Translations under genes and position numbers: made by a program | Origin: Desulfovibrio sp. | Lineage (GTDB): Bacteria > Desulfobacterota > Desulfovibrionia > Desulfovibrionales > Desulfovibrionaceae | Length of the DNA: 64,000 bases | Assembly (NCBI GenBank): GCA_031271265.1 | Contig: JAISWB010000044.1 | Location: 17,249-81,248, forward strand | Direction: 5' to 3' | Shown: positions 37,001-44,358 of the stretch, piece after piece | Position numbering within the stretch: the first letter of the stretch is position 1 | Layout: the number at the start of each line of letters is the position of its first letter | The notes under the pieces: model-generated | The model's database searches: none | Seen by the model: only the letters and a program-made list of their open reading frames with translations | What the model was told of the DNA's origin: nothing

Positions 37001-37734
37001 TCTTCATCCGCCGGGCGCAGTACTCCGGGCAGGGCAAAGGCTACGAGTTCGAGAAGCGGATCATGCAGCCTGTCGCCCAAGGAGAACCCGCGCACGGAGC
37101 TGTAGGACAACAGGCTTTTGCAGGCCGAACGCAACGCGGCACGCAGGGCGCCTGCATCGGCTGTATGGAAAGCCCGCCTTTTATCAGAAAGTCCTTTACG
37201 AGAAATTCCTTTCTGATTTGAAACATGGTTTGAACCATTCGTCTTTTCTGTTTCGTCCGCTTCGTCCGCAGCCAGGTCTTCCATCAGGGCGTCATAATAC
37301 GGGGTGAAAAATTCGTCGGCGTCGAAAGACGGTTCGAAATCCGGAGGCAGATTGAGTTCCAGAGCGGACAGGCGGGCCAGGGTGGTCAGCAGGCTGTCTA
37401 TGGTGCGGATATTCAGGTTGCCGTAGCGGCGCAGGATGCGTTCGATCCACAGTTCCGCCGGCGACGGACCGCGCCTCGCTTCCGCGGGCGCCGCAAGGTT
37501 GCGCAGGGCATCCTGTTTCAGCGCGGAAAGAACGCGCTCCTTCATTTCCGCAGCGGCCTTGTTGGTGAACGTGGCCGCGAGTATTTCCTGCAGGGCGTAG
37601 CCGTCCGCGCGTCCGTGCAGGGCGCAGGCCGACTCGGCGGCATCGGGGTCCGCCTTGTAGAGCAGTTCAAGAAAATTTTGCGTCAGCGTATAGGTTTTTC
37701 CTGAACCGGCGGAAGCTTTGATGCGCGTGATCAC
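34042..37734 (-). CDS. AddA-like UvrD/Rep-family helicase-nuclease (1230 aa)
   Basis: Walker A SAGSGKTYTL, Walker B LLDEFQDTS, C-terminal LVLDYKSG nuclease motif. Trimmed to GTG 37734 (VITRIKASAG), which overlaps the pfk stop (GTGA). Confidence 0.8.
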   Translation of the reverse strand: MITRIKASAGSGKTYTLTQNFLELLYKADPDAAESACALHGRADGYALQEILAATFTNKAAAEMKERVLSALKQDALRNLAAPAEARRGPSPAELWIERILRRYGNLNIRTIDSLLTTLARLSALELNLPPDFEPSFDADEFFTPYYDALMEDLAADEADETEKTNGSNHVSNQKGISRKGLSDKRRAFHTADAGALRAALRSACKSLLSYSSVRGFSLGDRLHDPLLELVAFALPGVLRPADEDGDSGSARLSSGPAMLPAEEDGNPQSAGLSSGPGTLRAEEEGVNNGRQRQLYLQERTLPTAEESDIFARINGLHVPCKAACAELLELIGQENLSVNAHYLKFLRNCSLSAPGENLPSDIWTRKSDFNECLNKASRGAASENALRTFDRARDALVRYADNLPVLRHALRLAPLCRLAGELCARMKADKTSKLLPALLLPYLTAGLMGGATGVSDALCRLGTRISRILLDEFQDTSREQWEAVLPLALEALATGGSLTLVGDVKQAVYGWRGGDAALFDDIDLSPDLRRVGGEPKTLFLTANRRSLPCIVEHNNAFFSLLEQPETAAAVMSALLPEDTPDSCRKTAAAEVLKIFSGVRQQVPPDNSRLGHPHSAHAEVVLYTVEEANAAAVQDVVSRRLRRLFTEELPRHWEHGDIAVLVRTGDEAEYIADLLTQLHIPVVTENSFRLFAHPLVGKLVSFITFLDYPPDDAAFMECISGPELAGGYAGHDPQEFLAWAAESAFSRTPFRPPLYTLFRARYPALWASLFEPFYTEAGLMSAYDLLAEIVLRFDLERRRAQDTPFVRRLLELAHFAEQQGCVSPAAFLAFCRKRNVDEKLPMPENMGAVRVMTIHKAKGLEFPVVVLPFQHKQTPFNSKITRRDCLGLDIATREVRELPDLYYPARVREELERLNLLYVAWTRPVYALHAFLTNPGTRPAEALKLAAGIYREQYGDRFCRWEHPSAEDHAAPAEANGAMPATEGADGATPKPTDAPGTVSEQAGTPDAISKQTGTPDAMSEPLPPLPWRPMQTWPRLKIFRSHPEAVPGGEEAGDAETGVPGSRLTARERGVLLHLCLEHLHLPRCGGVEAVEEAVARAAACALRLFPPPLEQTGSVAAELREALLRFAALPDAAAWLACGLREQSIMDEQGKVYRTDLLVDMRALGRADEDADGGLLVLDYKSGTYRESHTLQMLNYMRLLAGASGRPARGLIVYLDGTLLPVDGGRAA
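34678..34737 (-). repeat. Degenerate 30-bp in-frame repeat x2 in the addA-like gene
   Basis: Encodes SEQAGTPDAI / SKQTGTPDAM. About 70% nucleotide identity between units. Confidence 0.6.
36903..37022 (-). repeat. 60-bp in-frame tandem repeat x2 in the addA-like gene
   Basis: Units 36903..36962 and 36963..37022 (ccggcccggacgaaagcc...). They encode EDGDSGSARLSSGPAMLPAE / EDGNPQSAGLSSGPGTLRAE. Confidence 0.85.
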
Positions 37735-39077
37735 GGCGCGATGGATGCCGCTTCGCCTATGGTAGCCAGATCGGGTTGCCCGGCGGAATCCAGTACCGTG
37801 TGCCAGTATGCCGAGTGGATGTTCAGCCTGCGGCGTTTGCGGATGACCGGTTCCAGGGGCAGGTGCACATAGCGGCCCATGAGTTTTGCCACGACCATAT
37901 TGGTTTTGCCTGCCATGGCCGCGTGTACGGCGTGTTGCCCGAGGAAGCCGCAATAGACCTTGTCGTTGGCGTTGGCGGGCACAGAGCGGATGATGTAGCT
38001 TGGGTCGATGTATTTCAGGGAAAAGGGCAGACCTTCGGCGTCGAGGTATTTTTTTATTTCAACGCGCAGCACTTCGGACACGTCGGCGAGGACGACGTTG
38101 CCCGAAGGGTCTGTTTCTTTTTTGCTTGCCGCCAGATGCTGGCCCGCGCCTTCGGCCACGACGATGACCACATGGCCGCGTTTTTTCAAGCGGTCGGCAA
38201 GCGCGGGCAGCAGACCGCCCGGGCCGTGCAGGGCAAAAGCAATCTCCGGAATGAGCACGAAATTGACGTCTTTCATGGCCAGCGTCGCCTGCGCGGCGAT
38301 GAAGCCGGATTCACGGCCCATGAGCTTGACGATGCCGATGCCGTTTTTGTAGCCCATCGCTTCGATATGGGCGCATTGTATGGCCTCTGTGGCTTTGAAA
38401 ACGGCGGTTTCGAAACCGAAACTTTCGCTGATGAAGTTGATGTCGTTGTCGATGGTTTTGGGTATGCCGATGACCGCTATGCGCAGGCTGCGGAGTTCTA
38501 TCTCGTGCACTATGCCCTGCATGGCCCGCATGGTGCCGTCGCCGCCGATCATGAAGAGGCAGCTTATATTCATGCGGTCCAGGGCGTCGACGATTTCCTC
38601 GGGGTTTTGCGGACCGCGGGACGACCCCAGCACGGTACCGCCGAACTGGTGAATGTCCGTCACCTTTTGCGGGGTCAGTTCCATGAGGTCGTGGCCGAAC
38701 TTGGGTATGAAGCCTTCCAATCCATACCTTATGCCGAGGACGGCGGCAACGCGGTATTTGTAAAAGGCTTCCATCACAACGGCGCGTATGACGTCATTGG
38801 TGCCGGGGCACAGTCCCCCGCAGGTGACAACGGCGCATTTGGTTTTGGGAGCGTCGAAAAAAAGGTTGGCGCGCGGGCCGGCCGTTTCAAATTCCGCCGC
38901 GACCGGGGGCAGGTCTTTCAGTTCGTCGATATGTTCCCCGTCCAGAAAAATAGGAACGCTCTCCTTGGTGATAAGGCTTGCCTCAGATAGCGGCGAGGGG
39001 ATTTTGCACATGCCGAGAGAGCGTATTTGCGTTGTGAAACTGTAGTCGCCGAAGTTTATTTTACGTTCAGCTTTCAT
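37731..39077 (-). CDS. pfk: 6-phosphofructokinase (long form, ATP-type GGDG motif)
   Basis: Trimmed to ATG 39077 (MKAERKINFG), preceded by GGGAGA. Motifs CGGLCPGTNDVIR, MIGGDGT, IPKTIDNDI. 448 aa. Confidence 0.9.
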   Translation of the reverse strand: MKAERKINFGDYSFTTQIRSLGMCKIPSPLSEASLITKESVPIFLDGEHIDELKDLPPVAAEFETAGPRANLFFDAPKTKCAVVTCGGLCPGTNDVIRAVVMEAFYKYRVAAVLGIRYGLEGFIPKFGHDLMELTPQKVTDIHQFGGTVLGSSRGPQNPEEIVDALDRMNISCLFMIGGDGTMRAMQGIVHEIELRSLRIAVIGIPKTIDNDINFISESFGFETAVFKATEAIQCAHIEAMGYKNGIGIVKLMGRESGFIAAQATLAMKDVNFVLIPEIAFALHGPGGLLPALADRLKKRGHVVIVVAEGAGQHLAASKKETDPSGNVVLADVSEVLRVEIKKYLDAEGLPFSLKYIDPSYIIRSVPANANDKVYCGFLGQHAVHAAMAGKTNMVVAKLMGRYVHLPLEPVIRKRRRLNIHSAYWHTVLDSAGQPDLATIGEAASIAP

Positions 39078-39137
39078 GGAGTTCTCCCGTCCGGCCGCCG
39101 GCGCGTCGGATCGCGCCTGCCGGACCTGCATCGGAGG

Positions 39138-40130
39138 TTATGCCGCCGGGTAGGTGTTGATGAGCAGTGTCAGCTGGAGGCAGAAGGCCGCCAACTGCAG
39201 AAAGCAGGCGCCGAAGGCGCCGGCCTTGCGGCGCAGCGGGTTCGCGTCAAGTACGCAGGTCAGATGCAGCAGGGCGCAGACAATGGGCAGACCGCCGGCC
39301 GCGAGCAGTAAGCCTGTTTCCGGCATTTGCCTGAACTCGGGCGCGGTGGAAGCCGACAGGGACAAGAAAAGCAGGACGGCTGAGGCCGTTGCGGCTACGG
39401 TGAAGAACAGGGCGGAGCGGGCGGCGGCGCGGGCGGCAAAGACGTAATAATCGCGCCCGTAATCGTCCCTGTTGCGGCGCAGGATCAGCCGCACGCGCGT
39501 CAGGGCGGCGGCAGCCGCCGGCCCGTTGAGGAAAAAGTAGGCCACAGGCGGCCACAGGGCGGCGCTGCCGGCGAATTCCCGCAACGCGGCCGGCAGGGCC
39601 GCGCCGGGGTCCACGTCAAGGAGCATGGAAATATACGGATGCTGAATGAAAAAAAGCAGCAGGGTCAGCAGGCTGAACAGGAAGAGGCCGCTCAACAGCG
39701 CGGACAGTCCGATGAGCAGATGCGCCGTCCGATGTCTGTGCAGCGCGGCTCTGGAGCGGATGTACGCCAGCCAGAGCAGCGGCGAAAGGAGCGCGAGAAG
39801 CGCGGGCACTGTATAGGCGGCACGGCGCGGATCGGCGAGTTCGCTCAGAGTCGGCGGGGCGGGCGGCAACGGCAGAAAACGCACCGCTGTCGGGAGGAAC
39901 ACGACAAGTGCGGCGCACCAGGCGAACAGTACGGTACCGCTGAACTGCGCGGCGTATTTGTCGTAAAACGCCTTGCGCTGCCGCAGGTATGCCGACTCCG
40001 CGCCCAGGGCGGGCAATCCGCCGCAGAGAAAGGCCAGAAGAAAAAAACCGCCCGTTCCGAGCAGGGCGGGCAAAACAAACACTTCGTCCGCCCACATATC
40101 GTATTGCCACAGCTCGTTGAAAAAAGGCAT
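39138..40130 (-). CDS. Polytopic membrane protein of unknown function (330 aa)
   Basis: Trimmed to ATG 40130 (MPFFNELWQYDMW), preceded by ACGGAGGA. About 8 hydrophobic segments. No motif recognised. Confidence 0.6.
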   Translation of the reverse strand: MPFFNELWQYDMWADEVFVLPALLGTGGFFLLAFLCGGLPALGAESAYLRQRKAFYDKYAAQFSGTVLFAWCAALVVFLPTAVRFLPLPPAPPTLSELADPRRAAYTVPALLALLSPLLWLAYIRSRAALHRHRTAHLLIGLSALLSGLFLFSLLTLLLFFIQHPYISMLLDVDPGAALPAALREFAGSAALWPPVAYFFLNGPAAAAALTRVRLILRRNRDDYGRDYYVFAARAAARSALFFTVAATASAVLLFLSLSASTAPEFRQMPETGLLLAAGGLPIVCALLHLTCVLDANPLRRKAGAFGACFLQLAAFCLQLTLLINTYPAA

Positions 40131-40298
40131 TGACCCTTCGTCCTCCGTTGTATCCGCCGTAACGGCAGTGTGCCCGAAACAGCGGGCTAAGGCAAGCGGC
40201 GGCGCACGCTCCGGCGACGGCAACAGCGCGCGATCTTTCGCGGGCGCTGCAGATCGGCATCAAGCAGTGCGCCGGCGCCGGTGAGAAATGAACGTCCG

Positions 40299-40495
40299 CC
40301 ATACACACGCCGCGCACAGCATACACTTCAACACATGCGCCTTGCACCGCGTACGCACACCATGCACACCACACTCCTCAACACATGCTCCCTTCATCTG
40401 TATACACACATCACGCGCACCACACTCCTCGCACATACGGCCTTCGCAGGCATACACACATATATACATATATACACACTTACGTATGCACACCA
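40299..40495. repeat. Strand-skewed CA-rich degenerate tandem array (~50-51 bp units)
   Basis: Units 40330..40379, 40380..40430 and 40431..40479, plus a partial unit upstream. The 13-mer caccacactcctc recurs at 40367 and 40418, and aacacatgc at 40330 and 40380. The array ends in acacacatatatacatatatacacac. Confidence 0.8.
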
Positions 40496-40649
40496 TGAAG
40501 AAGTTGTGCCTTGAATAAAATTTTCATGTATTTTCAGAGTATTATCGCATAGGATGATTTTTCTGGATTTTTTCTAAATTCGGGTGAAGTTTTTTCGGCA
40601 GCCGCCGATAAGAGGGATACAACTCTTATTGCAATAGGGAGGAAGACAA

Positions 40650-41372
40650 ATGAAAAAATTTATCGTGTTATCGGCTTTGCTGGGGGCACTGGCGGTTGCC
40701 CCGCATCCTCTTGCCTTTGCCGCCGATGGAGGTGGCAGTGACCAGATCGGGATCTACGTTGCGCCGAAGTTCGTCTACGGGTTGACGCACATCAGCGGTT
40801 CAAAGGTCGCTGATACAGACGGGAGCGGGAGTTGGAGTACCGGCACCCACAATGACAGTGCTTTCGGCGGATCGATAGCCGTAGGTTACGATTTTGAAAA
40901 GCAGTTCGCTGTGCCCGTACGAGCAGAAGTCGAGTATGCGGGCTTTTCGCAGGTTGAGGCAAAGAGGCATATCAATGACCCCTCTAATGGCCCTGTGGGA
41001 ACGATCAAGCAGACCTACAACATTCACACAGTGTTTGCGAACGCGTACTTTGACATCGACACGTCAACACTGGTTACGCCTTATGTGGGCGCCGGTCTCG
41101 GTACGGCCTTTATAACGTCAAACGCAAAATACAAAGAGGATGCATCTGGTGAAGTGGAGCGCAGCGGAGCTAAAACAAAAACCAATTTTGCATGGAATGT
41201 CGGTACCGGTGTAGGCTTTGACTTTACCGACAACATCACGCTTGATGTCGGTTACCGCTTTGTGGGTCTCGGCTCCGCGAAGACGAAAACTCAGCATGAT
41301 GATGATTGGTACGGCAAAACCGACGCTCTGTACCAACACCAGTTTTCCACCGGCGTCAGGTTTACGTTCTGA
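40650..41372 (+). CDS. Outer-membrane beta-barrel protein (OmpA-like TM / OmpW / opacity-type porin family)
   Basis: Signal peptide MKKFIVLSALLGALAVAPHPLAFA, alternating beta-strand pattern, C-terminal ...GVRFTF. GGGAGG SD. Its GC content is visibly lower than its neighbours. Confidence 0.8.
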   Translation: MKKFIVLSALLGALAVAPHPLAFAADGGGSDQIGIYVAPKFVYGLTHISGSKVADTDGSGSWSTGTHNDSAFGGSIAVGYDFEKQFAVPVRAEVEYAGFSQVEAKRHINDPSNGPVGTIKQTYNIHTVFANAYFDIDTSTLVTPYVGAGLGTAFITSNAKYKEDASGEVERSGAKTKTNFAWNVGTGVGFDFTDNITLDVGYRFVGLGSAKTKTQHDDDWYGKTDALYQHQFSTGVRFTF

Positions 41373-41391
41373 CGAAGGTCGGAGACAAACG

Positions 41392-41423
41392 AAAAAAGCT
41401 CCCTTCACCGGGAGCTTTTTTTG
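41392..41423. terminator. Bidirectional rho-independent terminator between the OMP gene and the toxin gene
   Basis: aaaaaa-agctccc-ttcacc-gggagct-ttttttt. Confidence 0.75.
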
Positions 41424-41456
41424 TGTCGTAGCTGCAACTTATTTTTGAAACTGAGG

Positions 41457-41762
41457 TTACAAGCCCAATTCGGCATGGGAACCGAGGCGGACAAGGCGTA
41501 AAGTGTCATTGTCCGGCTTCCGGTATATCAAAATAAGGTCCGGTTTGATGTGGCAGTCCCGGTAATCTTTCCATTCGCCGGCCATGGGGTGATCAGCGAA
41601 TTTTTCCGGCAACATTGCGTCAGCAATCAATAGTTGCAGGGCGGAAATAAAAACGTCTTCCAGATCCGTTTTGCCGTATGTTTTTGTTTCACGCTTGTAG
41701 TCGCGGCGAAAACGCGCCGTGCGTTCAATCGTCCGAATTGAGGTCGGCCATAAGTTCTTCAA
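41457..41762 (-). CDS. yafQ: Type II toxin, YafQ/RelE family mRNA interferase
   Basis: RFRRDYKRE...HPMAGEWKDYRDCHIKPDLILIYRKPDNDTLRLVRLGSHAELGL is a close match to YafQ-family toxins. The start is ambiguous (ATG 41762 or further in). Confidence 0.85.
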   Translation of the reverse strand: MKNLWPTSIRTIERTARFRRDYKRETKTYGKTDLEDVFISALQLLIADAMLPEKFADHPMAGEWKDYRDCHIKPDLILIYRKPDNDTLRLVRLGSHAELGL

Positions 41763-41985
41763 CGGAATGAAAGCGGGGCAGGTTGCTCGCCTCGGCTTCT
41801 CTCACAGCCTCCAATGTTTCCGCATTGGGAATGAGCGGGTTGAAAGGCATGGCCTTGTCATGCGCAATGCGCACGAGCAACAGGCGCACGGCGTCGGATA
41901 CGCTGAGCCCGACGGTCGCAAGCACGGCGGAGGCTTCATTCACAACGGCGTTGTCGACGCGCGCCTCTACAATTCCATTTGTCAT
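41725..41985 (-). CDS. dinJ: Type II antitoxin, RelB/DinJ family
   Basis: Trimmed to ATG 41985 (MTNGIVEARVDNAVVNEA), preceded by GGGAGA. Ribbon-helix-helix-like N-terminus. 86 aa. It overlaps the toxin ORF. Confidence 0.8.
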   Translation of the reverse strand: MTNGIVEARVDNAVVNEASAVLATVGLSVSDAVRLLLVRIAHDKAMPFNPLIPNAETLEAVREAEASNLPRFHSVEELMADLNSDD

Positions 41986-42059
41986 GACCGGTTCTCCCAC
42001 GGCGGACAGTCCGTTCACATACAACATCGTGCAGCGCGGCGTGCCCGTCCTTGCACAAC

Positions 42060-42087
42060 AGTGTATTTCAACATCGAGGGTTGTCAA
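42060..42087 (-). promoter_or_regulatory. Candidate sigma-70 promoter of the dinJ-yafQ operon
   Basis: Minus strand TTGACA-N16-TACACT, about 75 nt upstream of the antitoxin ATG. Confidence 0.45.
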
Positions 42088-42142
42088 GATCCGTCCGGTC
42101 AAAAATTTTCACCTCAGCGACACGCGCTGTGTCCGGCGCGCC

Positions 42143-42173
42143 GAAAAAAAAGCCGGCGCAAACTTGCGCCGGC
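42143..42173 (-). terminator. Rho-independent terminator of the RRM protein gene
   Basis: Minus strand GCCGGCGCAA-gt-TTGCGCCGGC followed by T8. Confidence 0.85.
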
Positions 42174-42198
42174 AAAGGAAACTTGATCCTGCCCTTGA

Positions 42199-42468
42199 CT
42201 AGTAGCGCGGTTGCTGGCGCGGCGCTTTGGGCTGCGCTTCATTCACGCGCAGGGTGCGCCCGCCGAAGCTGGAACCGTCAAGCGCCTGCACGGCGACTGC
42301 CGCATCAGGGTCTTCCATTTCCACGAATCCGAAACCGCGCGCGCGGCCGGTTTCCCTATCGCTGATCAGCTTGACTGAATTCACGGTACCGTGGGTCGCA
42401 AACAGGTTGCGGATTTCTTCTTCCGTTGCCGACCAGGGCAGATTGCCCACATACAAAGACTTTGACAT
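42199..42468 (-). CDS. RNA-binding protein with a single RRM (RNP-1/RNP-2) domain
   Basis: Trimmed to MSKSLYVGNLPW (RNP-2), with RGFGFVEM (RNP-1). 89 aa. Confidence 0.9.
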   Translation of the reverse strand: MSKSLYVGNLPWSATEEEIRNLFATHGTVNSVKLISDRETGRARGFGFVEMEDPDAAVAVQALDGSSFGGRTLRVNEAQPKAPRQQPRY

Positions 42469-42630
42469 GCAATAAAACCTCTCAAAAAAAGAAATGTAAA
42501 GCCGCGCCGCGAACACCTGCAAACCATCTGCCGGAACCGCGCGTCCAGTTAAGGGAAGTCCCATGCACGAATTTTCGGTCCGCGTCAACTGAAAAATGAC
42601 TTTTTATGTATTTTTTGTATTTTTTTCCGA

Positions 42631-44340
42631 TCAGACCAGGCTGACGATGGGCATGATCACGGGATCCCTGTCCAGAATCTTGCGGAAAAAACGCCGCAAC
42701 GCCGTGCGGATGCCGTCCTTGAGTTTTTCAGGCGTCGCGTCGGGGTTGCCCTCGACTTCTTCAAGCACAAGCCTTCCGGCTTCTTCAAGCACATGATCGT
42801 AGCGGCTTTCGAAAATGAAGCCCTTGGAGAACAGTTCCGGGCCGTAGAGAATGTTGCGCGACTCCTCGTCCAGCACCAGCACCACAACGACCAGGCCTTC
42901 GCCTCCCAGTATATGTCTCTCGCGCAGCAGGATGCGTCCCACATCCCCGACGCCCTTGCCGTCCACCATGATGGATTCGGCCTCAATAGGTTCTTCCAGG
43001 GTGATGCCGCCCGGCGTCAGGGTGAAGGGCCTGCCGTCTTCGACAACGATGGTGTTCAATTCCGCAACCCCGCATTTGCGGGCCAGACGCGCGTGCTTGA
43101 CCAGATGGCGGTATTCGCCGTGTACAGGCACGAAACAGCGGGGGCGCACGGCCCGGATCATTTCCGTAAGTTCTTTTTGCTGGGCGTGGCCCGAGGCGTG
43201 CACGGGGTGTTCCTTGTCGTAAAGCACTTCCGCGCCGAGACGGTAAAGGTTGTCGACAAGGGTGTTCACGGCCTCCGTGTTGCCGGGAATAAGGCGCGAG
43301 GACATGATGACCACGTCGCCTTCGTGTATGGAGAGGTGCTTGTGCCCGCCCGCGGCTATGCGCGAAAGGGCGGAGAGCGGCTCGCCCTGCGAACCGGTCA
43401 CCAGGAGCGTAATCTTGTCGTCGTCGAGCAGGGGGGCTTCGGCGGCATCCAGGTACAGATTTTTCGGCGGGCGCAGGCGGTGCAGTTCTCCGGCCATGCC
43501 GATGTTGTTCACAAGACTGCGTCCGCCGACGATGACGCTCCTGCCGGTTTCGTCCGCACAGTCGAAGACTTCCTGAATTCTTTGGATATGGCTGGAGAAC
43601 AGCGTGACTATCACCCGCCCCCGCGCCTGCCTGAACAGGCTGCGCAGGTTGGCGAGCACGTCGCGTTCGGACAGGGACCGCCCCGGCAACTCAATGTTCG
43701 TGGAGTCGGAAAGCAGCAGGGAAACGCCGTTTTTGCCCGCGAAATCCCGAAAGGCGTTGAGGTTTGTGCCGGTTCCGTCCGGAGGGTCGGGGTCGATTTT
43801 GAAATCCGCCGTATGCACCACTCTGCCCGCGGGCGTTTCCACTCCCAGGGCCATGCCGTCGATGATGCTGTGGCATACGGGAATGAAGTGAAAGGTCATG
43901 TCGCCGAGGACCAGCGGCACGGCGGGATCGACGACCACGAGTTCAGTGCTTTCCGTAAGACCGCGTTCGCGCAGTTTGTGTTCAACCAGCCTGAGGGTGA
44001 AGGGGGAACCGTAAACGGGAACACGCAGGTCGGGCAGCAGCCAGGGCAGGGCGCCGATGTGGTCTTCGTGCCCGTGGGTGAGAACGATGCCGCGGATGTC
44101 CTTTTTGTTTTCGGTGATGTAGTCGAAGCGCGGGATAATTACATCCACGCCCAGGTGGTAGTCGCTCGGGAACATCAGGCCGCAGTCTATGATCACCTTG
44201 GTCGTTGCCGTGCCCCATACCATGCAGTTCATGCCGATTTCCCCCAGTCCTCCGAGGGGAACAACAGTCAGCCAGGCGTCGGGGTAGGCCGATTTGCCGA
44301 CAAAACGCCGGGGGGACAGTCCGAATATGCCGTCATCCAT
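42631..44340 (-). CDS. rnj: Ribonuclease J (beta-CASP metallo-beta-lactamase)
   Basis: VLTHGHEDHIGALPWLL, PLGGLGEIGMNCMV, beta-CASP and C-terminal domains. 569 aa. Confidence 0.9.
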   Translation of the reverse strand: MDDGIFGLSPRRFVGKSAYPDAWLTVVPLGGLGEIGMNCMVWGTATTKVIIDCGLMFPSDYHLGVDVIIPRFDYITENKKDIRGIVLTHGHEDHIGALPWLLPDLRVPVYGSPFTLRLVEHKLRERGLTESTELVVVDPAVPLVLGDMTFHFIPVCHSIIDGMALGVETPAGRVVHTADFKIDPDPPDGTGTNLNAFRDFAGKNGVSLLLSDSTNIELPGRSLSERDVLANLRSLFRQARGRVIVTLFSSHIQRIQEVFDCADETGRSVIVGGRSLVNNIGMAGELHRLRPPKNLYLDAAEAPLLDDDKITLLVTGSQGEPLSALSRIAAGGHKHLSIHEGDVVIMSSRLIPGNTEAVNTLVDNLYRLGAEVLYDKEHPVHASGHAQQKELTEMIRAVRPRCFVPVHGEYRHLVKHARLARKCGVAELNTIVVEDGRPFTLTPGGITLEEPIEAESIMVDGKGVGDVGRILLRERHILGGEGLVVVVLVLDEESRNILYGPELFSKGFIFESRYDHVLEEAGRLVLEEVEGNPDATPEKLKDGIRTALRRFFRKILDRDPVIMPIVSLV

Positions 44341-44358
44341 GTCCTGCCGTTCCTGTCC

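Noticed and set aside
40367-40430. GT-rich minus-strand motifs in the array (GTGTGGTG, GCGCGTG) resembling Chi-type recombination hotspots, about 2.5 kb from the addAB-like operon.
   Set aside because: Chi sequences are species-specific and defined by genome-wide over-representation and strand skew, which I cannot assess here. The resemblance to other species' Chi sites is most likely coincidental.
40281-40518. 76-78-aa ORFs on both strands through the CA-rich array (H/T/C/Y-rich peptides).
   Set aside because: The translations merely reflect the repeat composition. They have no SD, and several mutually overlapping frames are open, so I treated the region as non-coding repeat DNA.
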